Assembly (NCBI GenBank): GCA_003971905.1
Contig: RSEE01000036.1
Coordinates: 434,001 to 498,000 of the forward strand
Length of the DNA: 64,000 nucleotides
Direction: 5' to 3'
Origin: Moniliella sp. 'wahieum'
Lineage: Eukaryota
Shown here: positions 38,872 through 52,605 of the stretch, in pieces
How positions within the stretch are numbered: position 1 is the first letter of the stretch
Layout: each line of letters starts with the position of its first letter
Notes under the pieces: generated by a model
Databases searched by the model: none
Told to the model about the DNA's origin: nothing
What the model saw: only the letters and a program-made list of their open reading frames with translations
Program-made: the position numbers and the translations under genes

Positions 38872-40400
38872 CTAGGAGAGCATTACCGACACCCTCTGTG
38901 TTCCCGCCGAGGTGCCATGGGTGAGTGCCCAGGCAGTCCAGTGGACAGGACAGAGACGCTGGCCCTGCACTTGGTAGAATGTATCCATGGCCTGCCCAAA
39001 CGAGACGGCATCAGTAATCATGAATCAGTACCAGCAGTAGTCATGCGTGGTCAGGGGTGGGGAGCCAAAGGAGCACATACTGCCTTGCATCCGGGGGACT
39101 GACAAGTAAAACAGGTCGGATGGAAGAGAGAACCATCAACAACGGAGCGAGCCGGGCCCTCGATTCCCTCCCCACATTCACCACACACCGTGCCTGCCAG
39201 ACGGTGGTAGTGCTGCACACAGACAAGCTGGCCACGAAAGACACAGTGCGGTGCATTGACCAGCCTCACGCCACAACCAGGCGAGGAACAGGCAAAGCAC
39301 ATACGGTGCCAGATACCTGGCAATCCTGGATCTTTGCTTCGCACCCCGCGTTCCAACGCCTCCCCACATCCTTTGCACCGCGTGCACTGCGAACACTTAC
39401 CGTGCCGGTCCAGCCCGGTCCGGCAAACTGCACAGGTACGCCCCATGGGCGCAGTCTGTGCCCGCGCCAACTCCCCGCGCGGCTTGTCCAAATGAAGCGT
39501 TGGCTCTGTCCCACGACGCTGGGGCTGGGGCCATGTGTCGGAACCAAAGCGAATTTCACGGTTGTCCTCTTGATCTTTCGGAGACAAAGCCAGTCGAGCT
39601 GCTCGACGTTGCTCCTCGATCCGCGCCCGACGAGATGCAGCAACTGCATCCTGCCCCGACAAGGGGGGAGTGGGAGTGGCGTGTGACCGTGGGCTAGGAG
39701 ACCGATGCTGAACTGGCCTCGGCCAAGGATGGGGCGAAGGGTGCAAAGTGTGGGGGGTGGGCAGGGTAGAGCATGAATGTGGGTATTGAGCCGGTGTTGG
39801 CGTTGGCGTTGACGTTGGCGTTGGCGTTGGCTTCGGAGACGGTCTCGGGTTCTGGGTCGGTCTCGACACGCAAGGTAGTCGACCAACACGTCCCAGATTG
39901 TCTAACGGGGATTCGGTAAACCGCCAGTCATCCGCGTCCCCCTGAGAGGTGCTGCAACGGTGTGCCTCGAGCTGATCCAGGGTGACCAGCTCACCACAAT
40001 CGGCACATTTAGCCCGATGTTCCGGAGCGTGGGAGGGCGTAGTAAGGGCTGTCTGGGCCCGCATGCGCGAGTGAGGTGGCGGCGGGTGGGGCACTGATGA
40101 AGCAGAAATGTACGGAGCGGCGGGGGTAGGTTGGGACGCAGTAGAGGCATTGTAATGCAGACGGAGGAGATGCTGCTGATGCGCAAACTTGCGAGCGCCA
40201 AAACCAGCCATGTTGACGTCTTGGTGTGACAGCGCCTTAAACTCCACATGTGGCGGAGGCGGAGCAAAAAAGGACGGTTCTTGAGGCACGGCAGAAGGGA
40301 GCAAGCTGCCAATGCGTAGGGGGCGTGTGCGGGCACCGTGGGCCGATGCATAGGCAACGTCGGCAGGTGTGGGGGCGGGAGGGAGGCGGAGGTCGTGCAT
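38872..40400 (-). CDS. LIM-domain (paxillin/Pxl1-like) protein
   Basis: CKGCGEAL..WHRMCFACSSPGC..VCVQHYH and CGECGEGIEG..FHPTCFTCQSPGC|..LCPVHW. The intron at 38992-39080 completes the second LIM domain. Confidence 0.8.
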
Positions 40401-41014
40401 GGGGTGATGGGCAGGGATGGCGCAGAAGGAAAACGAAGGCACGTGGTGGAGGTCGAGTGGGAAAGGCAGGGAGCGACAGAGGCAGATGGATGGCCCCGCG
40501 ACGAACGGCGTGAGGCACCAATGGAAGAGGGGTGGTACACAATCCCTGTTGGGGGTGGGCGACACTGCACTCGTGCTGCTGTCTGGGCGCCACACGCGGC
40601 AAAAACGAGAAGCGGGGCAAAGCGCTGTTTGCGCCGCTTGGGCGTGCGGGACAGGTGGCAGCGTTGGGTGGGTGCCAGTGCGGCCGGACCAGAGCTCCAT
40701 ACGCCTCCGGGACGAGCAGCAACCTCAGCCACTCTGGCCTCTTACATCGTATTGGCCGTAGGCCCCAGGATGCAAAACGACGCCTCGCCGACACTCGCAC
40801 CCACGTCGATGCAAACATGTCACCACCGGCGGCTTTGGAGATGGCTAATAGAAGACGGGGCTGCCATTGAGATCTGTGATGCACTGGTGCCGCTGCGCTT
40901 CCAGTTGCCCTGTCTGCATTGCTATCACTGATGTTCCGTTTCTGTCGCTCGTGTGGACACGATGGATACAAACGAGGTATACGTGGGCTTCAAGCAAAAA
41001 CAGAAGTAAAAATT

Positions 41015-41093
41015 TGGCGCGACGCGGGTTCGAACCGCGGACCTTCTCCGTTCACATGTAAAGGAGACGTGATAACCACTACACCATAGCACC
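41015..41093 (-). tRNA. tRNA-Val(TAC) with apparent 6-nt intron
   Basis: GGTGCTATGGTGTAGTGGTTATCACG TCTCC TT TAC A[TGTGAA]C GGAGA AGGTC CGCGG TTCGAAC CCGCG TCGCGCC A, followed by a T5 terminator. One T.C mismatch in the acceptor stem. Confidence 0.85.
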
Positions 41094-41239
41094 TTGATGT
41101 GAAGTTCATAACCGAAAATGTCACCATTGGATGCATGCGCGCCTTTAGCACGATGTTCTCTGCCGGCCTGAGCCTCCGAAGTGTTATAAAAGTGCTACCA
41201 CCTGCCGAGCCAACAGGTTGCCTTGGATGCGTGCATTCT

Positions 41240-43641
41240 CTACGTCTCCTCCCGCACCAACGCCAGCTCCACAGACACCCCCCACATACACAGCAGATCG
41301 ATCCACCGTCGCTGGTTCTCCCGCAATTGATCCCCGGGGCCCTTGACTTCCACCAGCTTGATGCGCGGTCGAGCCACGCCGTCCTGGGCAGGATGCTGCC
41401 AGACAAGCAGGTCTGGCAGACCGGAACTGCTGATGCTCCAATCCTCGGCAAACGCGCGGCACAAGTGGGCCAGCGCCTCGCCCCCCAAGGCCTCGGCCAC
41501 TTGACCACGTCATCGTGGGAATAGGTGTCCCACTGGCACCCCACCACCGCAGCACTTCGGGGTCGTTCGCGTTCGTCGGTTGTGCTTACCAGTTCGGGCC
41601 CCCGCAGCTCGACCTGCTCCAGCACTGCAGCCAGCATCTCGGACCGCGAACGGGCAAAGTCGGGCGTACGCAAGTCCAATGGCGCGGCCTGGAACGGCAT
41701 CTGTAGCACCCCTGCTACCGGCGCAAACAGTAGATCCCAGAGTAATAGACTTACCACCATCTGGATCAGCCCGCCTTCACAGTGGTAGCCACGATAGCCT
41801 CGGCGAACATAGTGCTGCAGCACCAGTTCCTCCACCCGACATGCCTTTCCATCCAATCCGCGCCAGACTGTGCCCATGGAAAGACGGGTTTGGGTGTGGT
41901 ACGTTTCCGGTTGCTGGTCGGTGAGGGTGCGCTCGAGCCGGACGCGTTTTTGGGGTGGCGGCCGGTCTTCTGGGGTAGAAACAGGTTGGCTCGCGGCCGG
42001 GTCCCAGACCCCACGACTGGTAGGCGCAGCCATGCGGTCCAGTCGAACAGCAGTAAAGTGGACAGGCGTAGCTTCGCGCACCACCAGGTAGGAAAAATCG
42101 TGCTTGTCCCCAAAGGGGATGCGGAGCAGGCTTTCTAACCGTGTCACCCTGCGTTGAAGGGCGGGGAGAACGAGGGGGTGGGTACGCGGGTCCTCGATTG
42201 TCTCGACGCACAGTCGCAGCGCTTTTTCCCGACAAACCTGAATCGCTTTGGACGAGCGAGCGGGATAGGGGCAGGAGGAAAGTGGGTGGGAGCATATTGC
42301 ATCCAGATCAGCGCCAAACGTTCCGCCCATTCCCCGCGTTTGGTCTGTCGAAAATGACGCTGAGAGAGGAGTGCCTGCCACACTTGCGCTTCTTGCTCGT
42401 ACCGCTTCAAGCGGCCGAGACACGCAGCCGCTTTGTACAGCACCCGCGTCTGGACATGAGCCGGGATAAAGCGGGTGTACCATCCCGGCACGGTGGGAAG
42501 TCCCTCGACTGCCTCTACTGTGGCTTTCCAGGTAGGAAGCAAAGCCAACCCCATCTCGGCGCCGCGTTCCCATTCACCCACTTCGAACCGGTAGCTAATC
42601 TCGCGCTCCATCTCCGATGCATGGTGGTAGGCCACCACTTCTTCCCGCGAAGTCCACAGTGGGGTCCGCTCCACAGTATACCCCACAAACTTGGTTCGTC
42701 CACTTCGAGCCAAGATGGCAGTTGTCAGGGCATCTTCGCCTCTCCCGCTCAAGTTAGGACGCGACCACGGCCCCGCGCTGAGAGGTTCGGGCAATTCACG
42801 ATAAAATAGGAGGGCCACCCGGTCAACCAGCTCCCGTACCGAGTCGGGTACCTTGACACTTGGGCCCACTAGCGCGCTCGACTCGCGGGCGCAGATGGCT
42901 GCGAGCCAGAGACGGGGTTGGGCAAGTTGGGGCTGAGGAAGCCAGAGCAGAGAATGTGCTGGTGGGAGATAGGTGTGAAGGTACAGGAGATGCAGTGGGA
43001 GATGCAGTAGGAGATGCCAATTTGGGAGAGGGAGTTGGTGGAGCAACTCGCGGGTTGAAATGGAAAAGTGTGAGCTGACGAGCCTTGGGCTGAGCTTCCT
43101 TGGGTTGGGGGTTGGGGCGTGTGGGGGGTTGGAGCGTGGACGAGCCTTGGCGGGATCGTTCTTTTCGACAAGGGCTTGAATTATGGCCGCCTTGGAAAGA
43201 GAGTTGCTGTTGGGCACCAAGGTGCGCAGGTCATTGAGCGATAGTCGGTTGAGCAACTCGGGCCAATCGAGAGCCGAGCGGGCTGAATGGAAATAAGATT
43301 AGCGAGTGCAAGCAGGCAGCTGCAGCTTGTGGGTCGAGAACATCCTTGTAGGATAATAAGCCGGAAGAAAGCCATCGGTCTTGCGCTGGAGTAGATGAGC
43401 CAGCAGGGCACGAGCAGGACGTGGTACCGCGAGAATGGCTTGCAGTAACTCTATCTCGGATGGAAGAAAGATAAGCCTCATCAGCCAGCACGGTGGAGAC
43501 GATGTCAGACAAGATGGATGAGTAAAAGTTGCCCGAACTGTGGGGGCTGTTGGTGCCGGGGTCGGGAGCGAGGGTGGGCCCAAAGTCGACGCTCTGCTCC
43601 GCCCGTGCTTCCGGCAGCGTTTCGAGTGGGGCGGGAGGCAT
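41240..43641 (-). CDS. FAN1: Fanconi-associated nuclease 1 (VRR-NUC domain)
   Basis: LLSQRHFRQTKRGEWAERLALI; CRVEELVLQHY..GYHCEGG; PFQAAPLDL; SGLPDLLVW..IKLVEVKGPGDQLRENQRRWI (PD-(D/E)xK). Confidence 0.9.
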
Positions 43642-44103
43642 GTGAGCAGCAGAAACGCCGGCTGGATGGAACTGGTCGCTGTAGCTCCACCGCTCTCCCG
43701 CGTGGTGGGGTTGGGCTGGCGTGCAGGGGGGGGGGGGCAAGGCCAAGCTGACGCTGGCGACGCGCAATGCTAATGATGGCCGTCGAGGCAGGGCCCAGGA
43801 TCGGGACCGGGACGAGGCCGAGGGCGTGCCGGGAGCAGGGGGCCCCGCCGGGTGCACGTGACCCGACTTGAAATGTTGCGGGCTTGTCGCAGAGCGGGTG
43901 GGGGCCCGCCGGGCGGCGCGGACACTGCCCCTGCGGCGGGCCTCGACAACCGGCCCACTTTCTGCTGGCCGACACCATGGCGCCGTCCAGGGCCAAGACG
44001 TGGTCCGTTGCTCAGGCATCGACTCATACTCATCCCCCCTGGCTAGTGGCTCCGGCCGCCGCCGAGAGGCCTCCGAGCAAGGGGGTTCTCTCGTCTCAGA
44101 TGA

Positions 44104-46661
44104 CATGGCACGCCCGCTCTTTCTTCCCCTCCACCACCCCATGTCTTCCTCGCTCAGCGGCCGTGCTGGCGCTGTGTCCGACGCCGCCGACCCGCGCTCC
44201 AAGACCAGCCGCCGCGACGAGGCCATCCGTCGTCGTGTCGAAGCCGACCTGCTCCGCAAGCGCGCCGCCTCCGACACCCCACCCAGCCCCACCCCCGGCC
44301 GTGGCTCGCCCCACCACCACCACCACCGGCGCTCCTCTCGTCGCCGTGGCTCTTCGGCGTTGGGAGCTGCCCAGGCTGCCGCCGACGGCCGTGCGCAGGT
44401 CGGCACGGTGCAAAACCTGCGTCCGTTGCCTGCGCTCACTGTGCCCCAGAGCATCAGTGTGGCCGATGCCAGCCAGTTGTGCGCAGCCAAGCGGACGGAC
44501 TGTGTTCTCGTCGTCGACGATGATGAGCACTTGGCCGGTATCTTTACCGCCAAGGACCTGGCCTTTCGCGTCGTAGCCGCCGGATGGGACCCGCGCATGA
44601 CCCCTGTCAGTGCCATCATGTCGCGCAGCCCCGTGGTTACCCGTGACACAACCAGTGCCACCGAAGCGCTCAATCTCATGGTTACCCGCGGCTTTCGCCA
44701 TCTGCCCGTGTGCAACGAGGAAGGGGACGTGGTGGGCCTCCTGGACATTGCGCGTGTCTTTTACGGGGCGCTTACCAAGCTCGAGCGGGCCCATACTTCC
44801 TCCCAAAAGCTCTATGCTGCCCTGGAGGGTATGCAGACCGAGTGGAACGCACCTTCGTCTCAACAGGCTCAGCTGATCGAGTACATTGGAGCCTTGCGCG
44901 AACGCTTGGCTCTGCCCGATTTGGCTTCCATCCTCGACAGTCGGACCACTCCCACGACGGTCAGTGTACGCACCACAGTGCGTGATGCAGCGCGGTTGAT
45001 GAAGCAGCACCGCGTCACGGCGGTCTGCGTGATGGATACCAACAATAACTACCAAAGCCATGGTGCCACGTCGGCCAAAATCGCCGGCATCTTCACCTCG
45101 AAAGATGTGGTTTTGCGTGTGATTGCCGCAGGCCTGGACCCACGGACGTGCAGCGTGGTCAGGGTCATGACTCCCCATCCCGACACGGCGCTGCCCGAAC
45201 TCTCCATCCAGGAGGCCCTGCGCAAGATGCACGACGGTCACTACCTGAACCTCCCTGTTGTGGAAGACGGCCAGCTGCTCTCGCGTGGTCGACGTGCTCC
45301 GTCTGACTTGGAAGACGCTCGAGCAGATTAACAGTATGAACGAAGACGCCTCTGTTGATGGTGATGACAGCATGGCTCTCTCGGCGGATGGAGACGTAGC
45401 TGGGCCGATGTGGAACCGGTTCTGGAACTCGTTTGCCCATACCGGCTCTTACATTGGCGACGAAGCGGACGACGCCGACGAGACCAGGAGCATGTCGGCC
45501 TCTGGGATCAGCAATTCTCTTTCTCAACGAGGAACTCCTAGCCGGTCGGGCGATGCAATCCCAAGCCGCATCCCTCGCCCCATCAGTCGCACCAGCGGCG
45601 GATCCGCTTCCCGCTCCATCCAGGCTGCTGGCAGCGGGCCCCGGTCATCCTCTGGTGTCGCTCTAGGAGGTGCTTCTCTCCCAGTGGGTACGTCGGGAAC
45701 CAATCTTAGCACGGATCTGTTCCCGGGAGACAGCGCGAGCTCTGCAGGATCTCGACGCGAAACCTTCGACGCCCCTGGGACCAAGGGGGCACAAGGCTGG
45801 ACCGCGGTGCAACGTTGGACCCCGTTGCGGCGGTGACGCAAGCGGCAGGATTCGCACCCATGTCTACCAACTCGGTTGAGACGTTTCAATTCAAGTTTAC
45901 CACGCCGAGTCGACGCACGCACCGGTTTGCTGCGCCGGTTAATGACTTGGGTTCGTTGCGCAAGGCGATTGTGCAAAAACTCAAGGCAGATGAGTTTTGC
46001 CATCCCGTTGGTGGTGAGGATGATGGGAGCAAGGGCGAGGTGCCGGATCCAGCCGACTTTACCATTGCCTACGAAGATGATGAAAAGGATGTGGTCGTGA
46101 TCATGTCCGATGAGGACTTGCAAGAGGCTGTGCGCATCGCTCGGAAGATTGGGGGGGCGGGTGATGCTCCTACTCAGGGGGGCTTCCTGGGAATCATACT
46201 TGGCCACAGCTCATGCCGCACGCTCCCGGAGACGCGACACACTCTCCAAGAGGCAGCTCTCACCGCTGTGGCAGAAGAAGACGAGGCCCGGTCTCCTTCC
46301 TCCACTGGCCCTGCCCGCTCCCTTTCCCCAGCTTCAGTCGGCGCTCGGAATCGAACCCCAGTGTGGCAGCACCGGTACACGTTCACGTCGGTACAAGCGA
46401 TTTGCGACCGAGCCTGCGCAGGATCCCCGTTTCGCTTCCGAATCCGAGTCCGAGTCGGAAGACGATGACGAAGAAGAAGAGCAGTTGCACCGTCACCGCA
46501 AGCGCGCCAGCCTCGTCGCTCCCGTCGGCCCGGGCGCAAGGCGAGCAACGACGATGGCCTCCTGATGGGCATTCTTCCCAGAGATTTAGCCTTGCCGGCC
46601 GCTATCGGATTTTGGGTGTGTTCTACTAACTGCTGTCGTCGCCGCTCGACCCCAGCAGTAA
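44104..46661 (+). CDS. CBS-pair + PB1 domain protein with C-terminal TM helix (Mug70-like)
   Basis: RRDEAIRRRVEADL; ASQLCAAKRTDCVLVVDDDEHLAGIFTAKDLAFRVVA; GIFTSKDVVLRVIAAGLDP; PB1 FQFKFTTPSRRTHRF..IAYEDDEKDVVVIMSDEDL; hydrophobic tail. Confidence 0.9.
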
Positions 46662-47382
46662 GTCTCTTCCCAACTCACCACATTCTCTCCTCCATCGCGG
46701 TGATCATCGTCTCATGAAACGGTCCCCCTCCGCTCTCTGTTCTTCCTCTGTTGAACAGAGGCGAGGGTCGGTCCAGCAACGGCCCTGTTTCATTGCGCTC
46801 CACAGTTCACTTGCGTTTTCTACTTTTCTCCTTTTTCTATCGTCTCTTTCTCTACTTTTTGTAGCCCCCCATGCCTTGCTCGCTCTGCTTGCTCTGCTTG
46901 CCGTGCTTGCTCACTTTACGAAACATTTATTACTCCTCTCTCGCCCCCCCTTCCCCCCCCAGGCCCCAGGCTCATCATGCGTCTGGCTGTGGGCTCATCT
47001 ATATGTTCTGTTCTGTCGTGTTGCTGCAAGCGGGAAGACCGAGTCCGTTTATCATTGAAAGGTATGCTGGTGTGCATTGTCCAGACGATGATCTCGAGGT
47101 TGAGAAAAAGACCCAGCTGGCAGATAGTACTACTGCATCCTCGCGATGTAGGTGCACGATCCTTCGGTCCGAGCGAGGAGGCTACTCGCGAGGATGCTGC
47201 TCGCGAGGTGACTGCTGCGGACTGAAATGTTCAGGTGCCAATGCCGGCGTCGCGGTGGCCAGAGGGCCAGAGTGGGGCGGCCATGGCTTGGGGGCTCCGA
47301 CCACCTTCTGCTCGCTATGGATGCCTGGGGATTGGACCCCGACGGCCATCCCCCGGGCTCTGGGAGCGACAGCTCCACTGAC

Positions 47383-49134
47383 GATGGATGCTCCGACGCT
47401 AGCCTCGACGTCCCGGTGCGGAGTGCCTTTTGGCCCCCTCCTATGCATTTACCCAGTTCTCAACCCCCCGCCGCGCTCCTGGGCCATTTGTGGGCCGCCG
47501 TCGCCGTCTGACCTTTACGCAGCGCATTTGGGTCGGAGGCGTCCTGCTCCTCATCAGCTCTCTCTGCGGGAGCCTCGAAGCCCTCGTCGTTCACTACTTT
47601 TACACTGCCCATCGCAGGGTCTTTACCCCCTGCGTCGCGCCTTAGTGCATTCCATCGGTCCCCTCACCATCAGCATTGTCGCCCTGTATGCCAGCTACCT
47701 CAGCTGTGTCCTGAGCGATCCGGGACGAATCGATGCGCGCGGATGGACGCCCCGGTGACTGCCTTCCCCGAGGTGGTCTCGCCCTCAACGCGCTGCCGAG
47801 CACAGATCAAATGCCTCCCCCCGCCGAGACTAGTGTTGACCCAGGCGAGGAGTCGGACACGTCCAACGGGGACAGCTCCGCTTCCCACCCTTTGCCCCAT
47901 TCGATTGCCCTAGCCCAGCGCGTCAGCTCTACCGCCTATTGCGAGAAGGCGGGGCAAGGTGGTGCACGCGCTGTCGCTGGTTCCAGCCTCCGCGTGCGCA
48001 TCACTGTCGTGTGTGCGGGGTGTGCATTGCGCGGATGGATCACCACTGTCCTTGGCTGGGCAATTGTGTTGGTGCGCGCAATTACGGGATTTTCTCCGGT
48101 TCCTGGTGGCGGTGGATGTGTCTGTTGGGGATCTGTATTTATTGACCAAGGTGGCACTTGACGCGTGGCATTCGCCATGGTTCTCCCACCTCCTTTGTCA
48201 TGGGGGTCCTTTTTACCAACATGGCCGTTTCCTCCTTGGTCCTTCTCCTGGTGGGAGGGTTTTCGTTGTACATGTTTACCTCACCATGGTCAATCAAACC
48301 TCGATTGAGTCGGCCGAGACCGGTCGGGCGGCCACCATGGCGCGCCGGGGGCGCATCCCAGCGCCGACGCACAGTACCCTTTCTCGCTGGGCATTGCACC
48401 AATCTGCTCGTCACCCTCGGCTCTCGCCCATGGCTCTGGTTCTTGCCTACCTTGACCACCTACCCAGCTGCATGCCCACCCCGCCCCCGCCCCCACGCCA
48501 TGTACCACATGTCTTGCGTGCTGTTTTGCCCCATACCCAGGAACAAGCTACGTTGGCCGCTGCGGCAACCCAGTCGGGATGGTCCTACCCTACTGCCTTG
48601 GATCCTCTCGCGCAATACCGTTGGCCCCCGCGCGATCCTCTGCGCGTGATGGAGCGACAGTATCGCCGCGAACACTTGGCACGAGAAGCACAAGCTGGAA
48701 ACGTACCCCCATCCCGGCCTGTGCGCTTGGTGCGTTGCCCCCATCGGCCGAAAATGGCCTTACGTCCGATAGCAGCGATGCCGATGAGGATGTCCCCCTT
48801 GCGCAGCTGCACAGGGGGGCGTTTCTCTCCGTCGTCGCAAGCCCGCCACCTCGATCGGTCCAGCGTCGGCACCGGCCCGGCGAACGGCTCAACCTGGCGC
48901 GCCCAAGGTACCCTACCTCACCACGGCATCCTGCACCCTCCTTCTCCGGCCATGGGCCATGTACGAACGCGACGTGGTTCCGAGGGGTTGGAAGTACGTC
49001 CGGTTCACCAGGCCACCCAGCTGGCTACGACGCCGTGGGCCAACTCGGATCCGATGGCAGGCGAACCAGGGCGCGCCAGGGCTCCTCCGCTGCTTCCTTC
49101 CCAGGTGTTGGCGCGGCGCGCCGCCGCAACCTGA
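47383..49134 (+). CDS. DHHC palmitoyltransferase (Pfa-type)
   Basis: YLSCVLSDPGRI; RWCTRCRWFQPPRAHHCRVCGVCIARMDHHCPWLGNCVGARNY; NQTSIE motif; TM segments. Ends approximate. Confidence 0.85.
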
Positions 49135-51140
49135 TGCGCGACATTGACATGATGATGCATGATGGCAAGCTTTCAAGCGAATCAAGGTCGCCAACAAGGG
49201 AAGGCCATTTTTCTAGCTGCCGGCTTTGGTGGTGTGCATGTTCGTGTGCCCTAGTCTGTTAGGATATAGGTACAGTGGTCGTTTGTGCCAGTGGCGCCTC
49301 CTCTGTCTCCTGTCCTCTCGAAGGACGCGTCATGCTTTCGTCGTCGTTGCACTGGCACACGGGGTAGACGCCGATCTGTAGTAGTAGAGTGGGAGTCGGA
49401 TGAGCGGGTGCATGTTTTGTCGGCGCGCGTGCATGACTGATGGTGGATTGCTGACCTACTGTGTGCGGGGACCCCCTTTTCGGGCAACACACCCTTCACC
49501 CAACATGCGTTCATTACTCTCGCCTCGGAGGATTACGCAGATCCTTGTTCGCTGCTGGCTCGGTGGAGAGGAGGGGTTGCTGGGGGGGAGAGGGTGGTGG
49601 GGCAGCTGACATGGTGATAAGGAAGAGAGAGCTGTCATGCAATCATTAAAAGCTGTTGCGCGGCGGATGCATCGTGAATTCCACAACCAGACCGACGTGG
49701 TCACGTGGGCCTAGCCCAGAGCTGGACAGAGGATGGAGGGGATGCGGGTGTGCGTACTCGGCATGCGGCCAGGTGATGATCGGTGGTGCAGCTGACTCTA
49801 CCGAGTTGTGGATTCTGCACCCCAACAAGGGCCAAGGTGGGAAGGAGGACTGATTGGTGGCTGTCGAAGGCGAAGCATCTGGGAGCTTCAAGTTGAAGCT
49901 TGAAGCTTGAAGGCCAGGTTGAAATGTTGAACAAGCCAGAGGCGCGAAGAATGGTGGCGAGGTCCCAATGTCCAGCAGCAGTACCACCGGGTAAGCTAGC
50001 GTCGGGTATTCCCCAGGGCACCTGCACTGCGAGTGGGACCTGTGACCTGTGGCACGTGACTGGCACTACGCCCGCGGCGACACAAATGGCCGAGGGGTAG
50101 CGGGTGTAGCGGTGTACCATGTACACCCAGCTGACTCAAGGGCTGTGCTAGTGGGCATGATGCATATGCATGATGCATGATGCTTGTCCGTGGAATTTGA
50201 AAGGGGCCGCGGCCCCTGGCGACGGCGCAGGGTCAGTGAGTGTGGTGTCGGCTTCAACCCTCAGATCGTCGATCGGCCATCTTGCCTTCCTCGCTGGAAA
50301 GCGGGCACCTGGGACGGTGGACGTGGGTGGTGGACAGTGGGAGAACTGAAGGATGATCGATGATCGATGGTGTGAGGCATGCTATGCACGGTGCGTTATG
50401 TGATGTGTGACGTGTGATGCGTGACGTATGCCGTGGTTTTCAACCAAATGGAAAACAAAAAAAATCCCCGTGCCACACCCCACACGTGCGCATTGCCCCT
50501 TTCAAATTTTGCTGATCACCGGTCATCGGTCACCACTCATCGATCATCAATCATCCAAGCCACCGCCGGGCATCGGCCACCGCTCCAAGACGGCACTCAC
50601 ACGTCACACGTCACGTCACGCGCAATCATAATCACCTAACCTTCTCGTGCTCCGCCATCCGCATCATCGACATCATCCGTAAGCGGAACACACCTTGCGC
50701 TCTCTTCGCGAGTGCATGGCTGCCCGCGCCTGCGCCCTCCTCCCTCGTGCCCTTCCCTTGCCGTCCCGGCTCTTCTCCTGCTGGCTCACGTCACGCGGTC
50801 ACCGAAGGACGCCGCTCCCGCGCTCGCACTCCCGCGGTGCTCCTCGAGGTGGCAGTTGCCGGCGTGTATCCATTCAGTCCGACCCGCGCACTAGTACCCA
50901 CCCAGCCAGACTCAGTTTGTCAGTGCCGGTCACAGGTACAATCGCTCGCGCCCCACACTCGCCACCTGCTGCCCCCGCAATTTTTTCTGCATCTTGCCCG
51001 TGTACCATCCCAGCCGGGCTCTGCTCTCCTTCGCGTCTGCCATGCCGCCACCGCGCCTTCTTAAGCGCCCGCACTGGCCACCCCTACCCGCTCGTTCTGC
51101 CCACCACCTTTCCCCTTCTCCCGCACCCCTCTTGTTCGCC

Positions 51141-52281
51141 ATGGCCGCCCCCCCAACAAGCGCCTCTTCCAACCTGTCAGCCCGACCCCGGTCCTGCGCC
51201 ATGCTGCCTCCGACAGTCTGCTAACGGTGGGCACCACCACACTGTCCAGGCCCTCCGCGTTGCCCGAGTGCTGGGGCCACCGCGGTGCCTCGGGTGCCTT
51301 CCCCGAAAACACCATGGCTTCGTTTGATGCCGCTGTGCGGGATGGTGCGGATGGGATCGAGACGGATGTGCACATTACCAAGGACGATGTGATTGTCATG
51401 TTCCACGACTCGGTCCTTGGCCGCACGACGAACGGGTCGGGCAAAATCTCGGCGCAAAACTATGTCGACGGCATTGACCAAGTGCGCACGGTGGAGGAAC
51501 CGGTACAAAAGATTCCCACGTTCAATGAGCTGTGCAATTTCCTCATGCTCCCCGAAAACCGGCACGTCAAGGCCAACATTGATGTCAAGCCCGACAACCA
51601 ACCGGACCGGCTCTTTCGTCTGATGAAGGGCGTGGTGAGCCAGCATGAGGGTATGAGACGGAGCTGGCGCCTCGGTTGGTGTTGGGTCTGTGGCATCCCA
51701 AGTTCATTGCAGCTGCCATTGAGCACGTCCCCACCCTGCGCCGCATCCACATTGGTGGCAGCCCTTCCAAAGCGCGCAAATACTTCTGGGGAAGGATGTG
51801 ACGGCTTTAGCATGTCTTTTGCCTCGCTCGTCGGAGCGGAGGGCCAGCGTTTCCTTCGCGACGCTCAGGCCGAAGGGAAGGACGTGTATGTCTGGACGGT
51901 CAACCGGCCCGACGAGATGGTCGAGGCGACTCGGTGGGGCGTCAGAGCCGTCTTGACCGACAACACAGACCTGTTCCAGCGCTTGCGCCATGAGATGCGG
52001 CAAGACTTTAAGAAAATTTACAAGCGGGATGTGTCTGCTCTCTTCCGCTGGACCACCTGGCAGTACTATGGGTGTGCCCCAGTTCCTTATTCAGCGCAAC
52101 TGGCATGCGGACGCCGAGCAGCGGGCCGGGAGACGTTTGACGAGGCCCAAGCTCGCGATCATCAACGCTCTACCAATGCGTCCCCCGTTCCTTCCGAGGA
52201 TACATGCATTGGCACTCCCCCACCAAGGCCATGGCCGAAACCAACTTGCCTATGCCCTCGGCAGTGCCGTTGGCGGCCTAA
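51141..52281 (+). CDS. PGC1: Glycerophosphodiester phosphodiesterase, Pgc1-like
   Basis: LPECWGHRGASGAFPENTMASF..GIETDVHITKDDVIVMFHD..LGRTTNG..VYVWTVN..AVLTD. Confidence 0.8.
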
Positions 52282-52605
52282 TAGAGCCCCATCCCCTTCC
52301 TTGTACCCCCAAACCCCAGCCTCGTTATTTTTCCTTGACCCTATACCATAACCCTCCCTAATTCTCGATCCCCTCCTCAAGGAAACCGCATGTACTTCAA
52401 GCCCACTGTCCGTCAAAAGTCGTGAACATACCGTACCGTCTTTCCTCTCATTCTGTCCACACCTCTTCAAGGCCATATAAGCTGTCAGGCAACTGCATAG
52501 CAGCGAGGGAGCCCCTTGGCCTGCGACAAAAAAATATAGTGTACAGTACATTCTGCACAGCAGTCTGCTTGGCACCGTGAGGTTGCAGAAGGAAGACGAG
52601 GCGAA

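Noticed and set aside
37631..41093. THG1 near tRNAs with acceptor-stem mismatches, suggesting a 5' tRNA-editing system
   Set aside because: The protein looks like ordinary eukaryotic Thg1. Known Thg1-like 5' editing repairs positions 1-3, whereas the mismatches here are at position 6 or 3-6. Proximity is probably coincidental.
44096..45373. Long antisense ORFs (e.g. 44096-45373, 61308-62165, 55424-56197)
   Set aside because: These are shadow ORFs opposite real genes in high-GC DNA.
50350..50625. Apparent long inverted repeat (GATGATCGATG and TGTGACGTGTGA arms)
   Set aside because: The arm pairs are not nested, so they cannot form one hairpin. They look like strand-symmetric simple motifs.
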